A stretch of 64,000 nucleotides of DNA, taken from contig OZ037767.1 of NCBI GenBank assembly GCA_964035545.1, forward strand, positions 26,738,628 to 26,802,627. Direction: 5' to 3'. Below, piece after piece: positions 1-11,797 of the stretch; position 1 is the first letter of the stretch; each line of letters starts with the position of its first letter. Below the pieces are notes generated by a model, which worked only from the letters and a program-made list of their open reading frames with translations, made no database searches and was not told where the DNA came from. Source of the DNA: Bugula neritina. Lineage: Eukaryota > Animalia > Bryozoa. A program made the position numbers and the translations under genes.

Positions 1-3000
1 CTCACCCATACTCTGAAGGTACGTTTAGCTGAGAACTTTGACTGCTGGTTGTTATATCAAAGATTTGTTTCAAATTGCTTTAACTTGATTGAATAGTGAA
101 TTATACTACTTTTAGTCGGCATATTTTTTCTTTTTTCCATCTACTTTCTTGCCAGTTTAAAGCTGTTATTGGATGGTCCCTGAAGTAGTTCTAGTGTATT
201 TAGACGATCGAATGTGCTGCTAGGGAAATTTTTCTTCTTTCATAATAATCTGAATACTCCTACCTCCTTGCTTAGTCATAAAAATGCTGAATCTCTGTTT
301 TGACAAATATTATCTCATTTATTCTGGCCAAATATTTGTATTTGGAATTGTGATTTTAAGTCATAGAATATTGAAAAGCAAATTGAATGGGCCATCTAGC
401 GCTGGTAATCTCATACACTGCTCCTCAGTTCCTATAGGGTTATAATGCTCATCAGTTCTCATAGTCATAATTCTCAGAATGGTATTCTAATCAATCTTAA
501 GATAATTTTCAGATAAACTTAATTGATTATTTCACAACAGTTTACAAATTGTGAGTGTTTTTTGTAAAGGTCATGTAACAGCCATGCTTGCCCTCCTCCT
601 TTTCATAACTAAATACGCAGAATTCATGGAAGTTATTATATACTTCAGTCCAAATGAAATAGTTCAAGATGGTTTTTATAACCATGTCGATCCCAAATTA
701 GCTGAACACAACAATGACTGTGCAAAATTTAATTCAGTTTCCATGATGATCTTGCTATTTGTTCCTACAAGTTTTTGACTTTTATTGACTCAATTAAACA
801 GGCTTTTCCAAGAACTGTTCCATCATTTCTCAGAGGTGTCATTGAGCTACAATGGAGATAATGTTTAATGTTTAAACTTTCAAGCCAGCTCAGTGATCGG
901 GCTGTGTGTTACAGCAGCTAAAAATAAATGAAAGTCAGCAATATTTAGCGTTAGTTTTATAATACTGCATATGGACTTCAGGAGATAACATAAACTTTAT
1001 CAGCTTGAGTCCAAAATTTATTATAAAACAAAATTGTTTGAACATATAACGAAGTCTGAAGATTGCTAAGATCTGAGCCAGGGATTTTTCAATTAATTAA
1101 GATTATATACAATTTTGGACCCATTTAGAGCAAATGGAAGTTGCTCCCACCAATCTCTACAGTAAACATATTCATCAAATGCCTCGGGGATCCTGGCAGT
1201 TTCACAGGAGCTTAATGATTCTGTTTAAAAGGACTCGAAACTTTTTAAACAAATCACCTGCTTTATAAACAAGATAACCTTTCTTTAGGGATAGTTGAGT
1301 CTGTCAATATTTTGCCAACCTGATGAATTTGACAATTAAGCTGGGTTGGCCTGTTTACAGTTGAGCCCTGTTTACAAGTTAACCCCCCCCCCCCCCTTTG
1401 GAGTTTATTCTTTGTCATTGAATATATCTAATTTATCATACTTCAAGAAATGAATTTTGGTGTAGGATTGCATTTGAAGGAGAAAAGTTTGTATTATCAA
1501 TTTATCTCAGCTGCATTTGAATCAATTTCAACCCCTATGAGTTGCAATGCTGTTGCATAACTACTTTTAAAGGTATGCTATTATATTAATAAGTATAGAT
1601 ATAATATATAGTTATTAAACGATCTCATTTCAGCTACATTCCAAGTTAAGCTGAACACTGGTTTAGAATTTTTCTCAGTATTTCTTGTTCTAGTTTCATA
1701 GCAAAATTACTGGCATGCAATTAAGCTGTAGTATAAACATAAGTCTTTGTGTAACATGTGAAGAATGAAGAGACTGGAAATAGGTTAGATATAATTTATT
1801 TCTATTTTTAATTGCATTTTGTTTCTGGGAGTGTTTTATGAATGAAAGTTAATTCCTGTTACTGAACAATACTCTTCCCTGGTGAGCAGAATAGGAAGTC
1901 TAAAAATATGACCAAAAGAAGCATGAGATTTGTTGCTATTGACACTTTCTCTGCAGTTGGTATTATTTTATTTTATCTTGATGAGATTTGAGAGTCGCTC
2001 GTCACTTAGTCTCAAAAATATTGATCAAGTCTTGGGCGACTGAATTCTTTCAAACTCACTGAGGGAGCTTATATCTGACCTAGTTCTCCTGTATAATGTC
2101 ATCTGGATATGTGAGATGAGTATTTCTCAAGTTTGGGAACTTGTAGAGCAAGTGGAAGTTAAATTCAAGCCTTCAACGAAAAGAAAAAGTTTATTTTAGA
2201 TAAGAATATAAATTCTGTAGTTTAGACTGGTGTTCACTGGACAGTCTCGTGATATTCATCTCCTGTCAATGCTTTCAGTTTACCTCTCAGTATCAGTCAC
2301 CCCATCTAAATGGAATCCTCAACACTACCAATTCTAGAGGTGTTGACCAGAATAATTGGCTAGTTAATCAGTGGGTGCACGACTCTCATGCTAGCTTATC
2401 ACTTTGCATTCCAAAAGATTCCATTGAATTTGAGTTCAATTCGATCAATAAATGAGCCAACCACACCTATAACTTGCCTGATGTGTTTGTTTGCTGACGG
2501 AAGCAATTGCCACAGAACGAAAACTATCCCGGGAGACTGTTTCTGATAACGGCACAACTTCTCAAACGGGAGATACAACTTCCAGACGGCAATACGCCCA
2601 GTTTCTATTCGTGGAACAAATTATGACTATAATTCAAATCTAAATTCATGTATTTTTCTCTAATGAGATGGTATGATTTCTGGGAATTATTTTTAAAATA
2701 ATGGTTTGAAATTTTCTTACGATGTTTATCCGAAAATTTGGTATCTGATTTTCTTTTTGGCAGCTACCTAGTTGGAGGTATTACGCAGGTTTCATGATTT
2801 TTTAAGGCACCCAATATTCAACACTCTGCAGTTTTACCAAAGCACCCCTTTAAATAAAAAAAAGTGTGAGTAATAAATCAGCACATATTAGACAAATTTC
2901 TTTAAATTCACCAATGCAACAACAGTGGTGAAAGGTAGGGGTACAAAGTTCCACAACCATTTTTCTTTTGGACCCCCCCCCCACCATAACATCCCATTGC

Positions 3001-5278
3001 ATTCAGCCTCAGTGAAATTATTGATTAAATAATAAGTGGTTTGATTCGAAACCTGTGATAGAGCTCCATAAAATTTTTCTTAAGTGTCGTGCATATTTTA
3101 TTTGTGGAAATCTGATATTTTATATAAATTATTTTAACAGATGTATGACAATAGTCACTTTCTTTGTAAAATTTCAACAATAACCTGACTTATGCTTATA
3201 CAGATGCAACACACAAGTGAAATACTGCATATTTATACTTCATTTTTAAAAATTGACAGGTAATTAAATAGTCCATATCTATTTTGCTAGCTTATTTAGC
3301 TCTAAAAATGTTGGAAATAGGAGTCTGGAATAAGAGAATAAATTCAGAATTTTTTGACTTGGCAAGAAAGTGACTGTGCAAAGGAGGACTTGCTGTTTTA
3401 TTCCTGGCATCCAACTGTGTTGAACTGCACAATTTGGTGCCTAGCTCAGGTCATTTGAAACATTAAAGTTATAGTTTATTTTTAGGGTACCCGCCATTTT
3501 CTCCAAGCTTTGAATGCAGAGTATTAAATAGATCACGAAGTGTGATTTACTTTTGGGCACAACGTGTTTAGTTCACGTACAACGCATTGAAAATAGCTAC
3601 TGTCAATTGGTCCATCAATTCTGCTAACTGATTGGCTGTTGGTTAGTTCCGGAGGTTGAAGGTCGTACGATTCTATGGACGTCATTAGCGAACAAACAAT
3701 CTTTTTTAAACACTAGATAACTACGGTACCGAAATAAATACTGTAATACAACAGTATACAAGAATTTAGATGTTTCAACCACAGATATGTGTGTCCTCCT
3801 TGTATTGTGTTATTAGTGTCTGCCCGAATCCCAAGTTGATTCCGAGTAGAATAACAATAGCTACGCAGCATAATAGATGAGTAGACTTCTTAGTGTTGCA
3901 CATCTTGTACTTATGCAGTTTTGCACTGCGAGGTCATTTATCCTCCTCTAGTGCTTCTTACTGCAAAATATGTTTCTATATTTCCCTTCTATTTATCAAA
4001 CTAGGCTTAAAGATTGGTTCCTCTTGCAAATGGTCCTGCATCTTCTGTTATTTTGTAACCCTTTTATCATTTATTAAATCCTTAAAGCCTATCTCATGTC
4101 TAGCCAACAGTGAGGAGGTTATTTGTTTTCAATTTGTAAAAATTAGCATATTTTACAGATTTGTCTTCTGCGAGATTACAAAGAGAGAGCTAGTATTTAC
4201 GACTTACTAGACCATCCGTACGTCAGGTAAACGCTTCATTTATTTTTTTCAACTGCTTTGTACATTTTTTTTGAGAAAATTAACCTTATTTGGTACATCA
4301 TATAAAGGTATATAAATTATATTATTTTCATCACATTTATTACTTTTCATAACTTAACTATTTTAACTCCTTTTTAGATGACCTTGACATGGAAATAGAT
4401 GTTCATCGGTTTTACTATCTACTGGATCACAAGTCATAGCCAGTCAAGCTGGACCACTCTCCAGCACCTGTTCTAATATAGTATATTTCTGTATGTTTTA
4501 CAACAATTTAAAAATTATTGTATTTTTATATAACTATTTAGTTGGCATAGTTTATACTATGCATACAGAAGATCACCCATGTTATTTTTTAAGTATTTTC
4601 TGTCAATTTATTTAAATACATATTATATGTCTGGCTTGCTCTATTATGTTGGTTATGTGTTGACTTTATAGTTTCTTAATAACGATTTGGCATGTGAGAA
4701 GCAGCTAGCATAAAATTTCAGTCAACTGGTTGGTGTTAGTGATGAAACCACATGTTATGATGGCCAAATAAAAGAATTCTTCTCTAACCACTAAGAAACC
4801 ACTGCTTCCTGTTGTAATTACTACTACTACTTAGCTGATGTGTTTGTATGGCACAACCATTAAGAGAGCGATAAACACTCTTAGTAGAGGTGTATTCAAT
4901 CATCTTTGTGGTGGCCCAATATTTACCACAAGGACTTGTAACGGCAGAAGAATATTTTATATCAATTCGCTCTTCTTTTATCTTCTCTCTTAAACAGATT
5001 TCTATTCTTTCTTTCCTCCAGCAGAGAAGTTTCTGACATCATATTTCCTCTGTGTTAACTCTTGAGCAACCAATTGCCCCGAGGATATGCCTTTCTAAAC
5101 AGCCATATCAGAATAATCAAACTCAGATAGTAATTTAATTCCCTTTTAGCCCTGAATATTGGGTCAATGCTCTTTCTACACCCAGCAGGGAGCTTATATG
5201 CTCTACTCTAATCACTTTTAGCTCTTCATTTTTACTAAACGTGTTCAAAAACTTTTCCATTTATAAGTAAATAGTCAC

Positions 5279-6208
5279 ATTATTTGAGGTAGGTGCAGTA
5301 ATGGAGAAATAGAGAAAAGCCTGTTTTCTAAATTAGAAATGTAGCAAAAGAAGTTATGTTCTTGTAAGAATTTCAACCTGTGCCCAAACTGAAATTTATC
5401 AAGAAAATCAAAGAACTAAATTATCCCAATTTTTCCACTAATGCTTCTAAATGATTTATTTATAGGTTTCAGGTGCTAGCCTTATAAATTGTAGTACTCA
5501 TATCTGTCAGATTTATCCCACCCTCTTTTTACATTTTCTAATCTAATAGCTTAAGCATTGTTACCTCCAATTCCCTCTTTGTTGGCCATGAGCTACAGAA
5601 AAATTTAAGAAGCATCTAGTTTGAGGAGTAAAATTTTTATATTCTACCACCACTAGAGCCAAGTACACTAGCATAAACATCTCATGTCTGTCTGTGTTTG
5701 TAAACTATTTGGTGTTGATGTCTTATTCTGAATGAAAGTTTTTTCCCATTGTTTTCCCAAATAAAACTCATGGTTTTTTTTTCTAATAATCAAAAAACCA
5801 TTGATGTTTACAACTCAAAGTGACCATAAATTAATGAATATGTCAGCTTGAATAACCAATAAATGCAAAACCAGAGAAAATTGTGGGATTATGGTTTAGT
5901 GAAATGGTAGCTGCATCAATTTGTTGTTTTTATAGTGTCAAAATACTTCAAAACTAGACTAATGACCAATATGTAATAAGTTTTAACAAACACTCCCATG
6001 AATATAATAATTGTGAATAATAATTATAAATAATACATTTAGGAACAGTTATAGTGGAGAAATGGAGATAAATTCTTTAGTATATTATTAAATTTTGGTT
6101 TGAGGCTTGGGCTGAGTTCTGGTGAGAGCATAACTCCTTTGCTACGATTCTAATCTAGAACATAGGCTTTTCTCAATTTCTCCATTACTGCACCTAAACT
6201 CAAATAAT
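5279..6208. mobile_element. Non-autonomous foldback/MITE-like element with ~180-bp imperfect terminal inverted repeats
   Basis: 5279-~5457 (attatttgaggtaggtgcagtaatggagaaatagagaaaagcctg...) is the reverse complement of ~6030-6208 (...ggcttttctcaatttctccattactgcacctaaactcaaataat). No ORF inside. TSD not clear. Confidence 0.75.
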
Positions 6209-6975
6209 AAGCAGTATCGGCTTTTTATAGTTGTTTGTTTAATGAAAATTTATTGAGACATCACAGCCTCTTAAACTACTGCCAAAGCTGTATTTAAGAA
6301 GCTATTAGTTAGTATTTCAGCTTACTTTTCACCACAAATAAGTTTAACCTTTTCATTTAATTCAATTGGTTGTGAATGATTCTGGTACTTAGCCTTTTAA
6401 ATGACTATTTCTAAGAAGTTGATACATGACTTCAGTTATAATTCTTGATTTGACTCTAAAGCTCAACTGGTGAACAAGCTAAAATGTATCAACATATTTT
6501 TAATTTAAATATTAATCGCCTAAGCCCTAAAGCAATCTTAATCAGATTTAATATAATATGTTGAAGAGAAACCTCAAATATTAGTTTCACTTTGCAATCA
6601 ATCCATGGGAAATGCTATTTGAAGTGAGTTCATTCATGCGAGTATGAAACAACCGGATCCCTACAGTACCGCAAGTTTTCGTATAAAAAGCGTGGTCTGA
6701 GCTTGAAACCGCAATTGAGTGTCTTTTACCACAGCTGAGTTTTGCTATTCATTAATTAACTTTCTTATTTGTTGCACCTCAACGATTGACTAAAGTTGTT
6801 GACGCAAGAATCCTAGTACTACTAACACTATTACACAGCGAATAGCAATTTCTTCGGAACTAAAACCTTTCTTTAAAAAAGTGGCAGTTCAACATTGACT
6901 TTATTTCAACATTCTACAAATATGAAGCTTTGGTGTCCTCAGAATTTGAACAGCGTGCAGACATCCTGGGTGCCA

Positions 6976-9900
6976 ATGTTGGCTCTGTATCTCACTCTAA
7001 CACTGTGTGTCAGCTACACATCAAGCTCGCCAGTGTACTCTACACCTTGTCTAGACTACCCAGAATGCTCTCAAATACCACTAGAAAGGGTAAGTATAAA
7101 TGTTAACTACTGCATAGTTATGGTGATAAACTGATAGTGACTTAAATGTTAATTTGAATGCAAAATTAGTACGTAAACGTTTCTGTGGATTCCATTAAAA
7201 ATTATTTTATTTTTTGGTCACGTGTTATTTTATGATGAAATGAACATAGTCATATCTCTATTGGAACTTTTTTCTTGACAATTTCTAGTTTGAGTAATTT
7301 TTTCATGTTGATGTTTTCTAGAGAACTTTACTTAATCTAGTAGCAAATTCACGGCTTTAGTGCTCTTCTGGTTGACTTAATTGATGATTTAGACCTTTTA
7401 ATTTTATCTACCCAAAAAATTATTTGTTTGAATTTCTTGCAAATCTGCTTTCCTAAAATATTGTTTTAATTCTTTGTGTTATCTGTCTAGTAGTATTATT
7501 GTATCAGTTTTAAATGGATATTTTTATATCATCTTGAAGGCAAAAAACTCATGTATTAAGTGCATATTTGCTTAATAGGTGGGAATTCAATGGCTTTTTG
7601 CCTGAAGTTTAAAACTCAATTGCTTTGTTTCTCATGCTAAAAAATTCTAATTTATAAAAGCTGCACCTACCTTAAATATATACAATTTTACAGCAATGAA
7701 CTTTATTTAGTGAGTGTTTTTTAAAATTTGGTTCGTACTACACATTGGATTCACAAAGAGTTTTCATTCTCTTCCAAACCATAGCAGCAGTGCCTAAGGC
7801 TACCAGGGCCATGATAGCAACTGAGGCTAAAGGCCTTGTTGATTACTTTGGTATTAATTTGTTAATCTGTTTGCCAAGGTACTGTTGTGTAACTTAATTA
7901 CCTGCACTTAGATTCACATTTGGCTCTTTACCTGTTATTGGTCTGCTTGTTAAATGAGTAATTAATGATTATTTAAGAAGGGTAAAGTGTTTGTTATTGT
8001 TGCCTTATGACTAGTTCTTGGCTCGTCTAGGCACTTAACTGTAAGGAGCTAACTTGATCTCATTTTAACCCCAGTTCAATCATCAAACTTGTTTATAATT
8101 ATATCACCACTTCCTATATTTCATACTTTGCTTGCAAATTCACCTTGAAAGGCTGCTGCCTTAGTTACCAAGTGCTGTATGATTCAGATACCTTTTCAGT
8201 TTTGCTGACCTTTTAGTAGTGAATCATAAACTTACCTTACAGTATGCTCGCGGTATAAATAGCCCAGAAAGCTTAAATGCATTTAATCATGAAATCTCAT
8301 AAATGCTGTAAAGGTACACGAGACACCCGCTGTGTACAAGCAAAGATTCTGCTTATAATAATGTGCATTGTTTATAAACTTGTGGTGGGTGGCCACTGAA
8401 AATCAACTAATTAAATTGCTCTGTAAGGCATATATATAAAAAATGAAAAAGATTGCGACAGAGATATGAAATGGTATCACAGCCATTCCACTGATTAGCT
8501 GTGTGTAATCTAAAACCTTGCAAGTTGATTTCTTGTTGAGTACACAATTTTTTCTCTTTGTTTTACTTGCAGTGACTCATAGCTAGATGTCATTTTATAC
8601 TATAAAAATAACTCCAACCGCTAACACTTTCAATGTGCGTAAAATAATTTCATTTGAAAGAAACACTGGCGTATTATTCATGATAATTATATTAAAATCT
8701 AAAATTAGCATTCTGTCACAATGCTTCAGATTCTGCACGGTCTTGAGCATTGTCAGTTTTTATTTCAGAGATTAGTAAAGTAATACAATTAATATTTATA
8801 TTCATCTATACATGGCACAATGCGGTCTCTGCCATTGAATTGATGTTGGGTTCTTAGCTTCTATCTGCAGTTAAATTGATCAAATGTGGTGTAGCCTGGG
8901 TTCATAAGTCGCATGATCTCGGGTCACTAGCACGTTGACCCACACCAGTAGCCCCAGGTCCTCAGAACTCCTGTCCTGACCAACTGCTGTAATCTCTAAA
9001 ACTGCTGACCGCAGCATATTTTATACAGATAGTAGTAGTAACAGAACTTATATTAAGGCTTCCAGTGTCCCGCATGAATGCAGCCTTTCTAAGGGTAACT
9101 GGCAACATTGAAATACAGAATTTCACGATTTTTTACTCTATTAGTCAAAGTGTTGGTAAAACTATCTTATAACCCCCCCCCATAAGCTTTGTAGTTTAAC
9201 ACTGGTTAGTGTAGTTAAATTTTTGGCCTATTATACAAATAACTGTAATGAAACATTTTCAATGTATATCTTGTAGCTGGCGATGGAAGAATGCAGTTTC
9301 TTGTAAAAATAAGTCATTGTATATAGTTTGCTATATAATTTGTGTTTAATTTACTCCAAGTTGCTAATTTTACATTATCATGTGTCTATTTTAGCCTCGA
9401 TGTGAGCATCTAAGTTCACTATTTGACCCGGAGAAACCCAGCTGCTCTAACGTAGAGTGTGGTCTAGACATATGTAATGATTACTGGTGTTATACCGCAT
9501 GCTCCACTAGGTGAGTCCATCTTCTTGCTTTATGTTTGCCATTACTACGGAGTAGTCACCAGATACTAAATGCTCCATAATTGAACATTGCTTATATTAC
9601 TACATATAACAGATATTCTCATTAAACTGTTTTACTATTAGTGTTGCAATCTACCAAAGCTATCTAACAGATTGCTGAGCAGTTTGACTTGTAATAAATA
9701 GCAAACTAACAATTTAACATAGGAAGCAGTTCTAGGCTTCCATTAGCTCAACGTTTCTTATTAAATCGAAGCATCTTTCTTTCATTAATGCTTAAGCACT
9801 TAACATTGGAGTTGTTCACCCTGTGTAATACAGAGTAGGTAACTTTCATTTGCATATATTCCGCTCGTTACAGCTGCCCCTGTGGTGTTGGGTACGTTTG

Positions 9901-10051
9901 CAAACGGGCAGAGGAGCCCCGTTATTTGGCGACATATGGGCAGTTCTCTGTTGATGAGTACACCGTTATTCGTTACAAGTATACAATAGGCAGGAAGTGT
10001 GTGGAGATGTCGCAAGAGGATGCCGAGCAGCTCCAATTGGTCCGGCCATAG
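6976..10051 (+). CDS. Small secreted cysteine-rich protein, 135 aa (signal peptide plus 12 mature Cys)
   Basis: Exons 6976-7089, 9395-9510, 9874-10051. Introns are GT-AG, phases 0 and 2, total 408 nt with the frame kept. Protein: MLALYLTLTLCVSYTSSSPVYSTPCLDYPECSQIPLERPRCEHLSSLFDPEKPSCSNVECGLDICNDYWCYTACSTSCPCGVGYVCKRAEEPRYLATYGQFSVDEYTVIRYKYTIGRKCVEMSQEDAEQLQLVRP*. An in-frame upstream ATG at 6922 is possible. Confidence 0.8.
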
Positions 10052-11225
10052 AACGGAACTTCTACCACTGTTAATTTGGCATATCATAAAGATCTATTTA
10101 TTTTTGTGAATCTATTATTTAACTTTCATCATTTATTCCGGTTTGTGTTGCAATTAAAGTTAGCATTGTTGATGTACAGATGCTATCAGGATATATTATA
10201 TTCATATATATAATTTTTATATCTCTTGTAATGCCAATCCACAATCACCATGGCAATATTATTGTGTTTTTCAAATTATTACTTTCTCTTGTTATGGTCC
10301 ATGGCTTATTATTTGGCTTATTTTATAATATTAACAATTATAGTATTATGTAAAATAAAGTTAAAACTTGGCTCCATCTAATTTTTTTCTCAAAAAACTG
10401 CATGTTGCAATCTTTGTCACAGCCTCATTTAAATGGACACAAACAGAATTTTCATTATTTTATATCCTGAAAGGATTTCACTTATCTTCATATAAACTAG
10501 GCTAAAAGAGTTGCAATGAAGATGGTCAGCCACAAAAAGATTGAGTAAATTATTCAGCCAGTCTGTACAACTTGTTTATTTCATTTCATGTTATCTTCAT
10601 TGATTCATCAGAACCAAAAAATATTAAACTTTGTGAGTGCAAAGCATTCTGGTACAGCTTTACATGCATGGAGCTATAATATGCTATCAGTTGTATATAC
10701 AACTGTGATAAACAGATTCATATTAGAAGCCAATTTTCATTTAATATTGACTTCCGGGTAAAGCCTTGTGACATCAACAGAATAAATCTGATGCATAACA
10801 TGATTTGTTCTAATTGACATGTTTAATTGTACAACACCATGTTGCTGTCAATCATAAAACACAAGTTTTTCTAATTAAACTAGTTTTATTGTTCAACTTG
10901 CCCACTTCTTTATTAAATATTGAGATACATCACTAGTTAACCAATTTAAGCTTGACTCTACACTTCTGGTGCTGATGGAATGCTTTTATTTTGACTTGTA
11001 TTGTAATTTTGAAGGAATGCAATGATCAACATTGAGCAGTATGATATAATGTTTTCATTACAAATACATTGGTTTGTTTTGACACGTTAGGTACATTCAT
11101 GAATACCCATTGAGACAAAGTGGATAGGATACAATAATTGGTTGAGGTTGGTGCTATTTCCGGAGAATTTTTTCCTCAATGCATACATTGATTTAATAGT
11201 TGATATATAATTCATATTATATCAA

Positions 11226-11272
11226 TCTGGGGACAGCAGCTGTTTCGGGATTTGTCCTCTCATCAGCACAGA
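11226..11272 (-). ncRNA. Minimal type I hammerhead ribozyme motif
   Basis: Minus strand reads UCUGUG-CUGAUGA-GAGG-ACAAAU-CCC-GAAA-CAG-CUG-CUG-UC/CCCAGA. Both catalytic core boxes, stem III and a GUC cleavage triplet are present. Stem I and stem II each carry one mismatch. Confidence 0.7.
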
Positions 11273-11457
11273 GTAGAGTATCATGGCCCAGACCTTCACA
11301 ATAGTACAAACTTATGCTGGCATTATACAAGGCTCATCATTCCTAGATCTAGATTTACTTAAGCTCTCCGGCTTGGGTTTACACACCTTTTAAATACGCT
11401 TTAGTAAACACATAAATTTCTTCTATTGCTAAGAAGGTGTGGGCTACAGTACTCTGT

Positions 11458-11499
11458 TCTGTGCTGATGAGGGGACAAATCCCGAAAAGGCTCGCGAAC
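11458..11499 (+). ncRNA. Second, degenerate hammerhead motif (inverted copy)
   Basis: UCUGUG-CUGAUGA-GGGG-ACAAAU-CCC-GAAA at 11458-11487 matches the minus-strand copy at 29/30 positions. Stem III and the 3' strand of stem I are degenerate. Confidence 0.55.
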
Positions 11500-11653
11500 A
11501 CACCCACAACACACAACACACACACAACACACATAATTATGCTGAATCCCACCACTGATACAGATATGTTGGCACCAACTGTGCCTGTGCTGTTTTCACC
11601 CTGGCAGCGTCTAGTCATTAGGTAGCACCAGTTGCACATGATGTTTTCACGAA

Positions 11654-11797
11654 GTAGGTGCAGTAACGGAGAAATTGAGAAAAACCTGCGTTCTAGATTA
11701 AAAATGTAGAAAAGGAAGTTATGTTCTTGCAAGAATTACAATAAAATTAAAGAACTTTGGCTATCTTAATTTCTCCACTACTACTCCTGAGTGATTT
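11654..11797 (+). mobile_element. Solo arm of the foldback/MITE family found at 5279-6208
   Basis: gtaggtgcagtaacggagaaattgagaaaaacctgcgttctagatta... aligns with the TIR starting at 5290, with an internal deletion. Confidence 0.7.

Noticed and set aside
1-2200. Exon-like pieces: donor at 19, ORF 551-778, minus-strand coding-like stretch at ~1980-2180
   Set aside because: I could not build a phase-consistent model, found in-frame stops, and recognised no homology. It may be a gene end or decayed element.
3530-3740. CpG-richer patch with ATTGG and GACGTCA, promoter-like
   Set aside because: No transcript can be tied to it from sequence alone.
3893-4210. 105-aa plus-strand ORF; the minus strand looks like decayed coding sequence
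   Set aside because: The minus frame has several stops and no recognisable family. The plus ORF lacks an ATG and any motif.
9800-10087. Minus-strand 95-aa ORF
   Set aside because: Antisense shadow of exon 3 of the secreted-protein gene.
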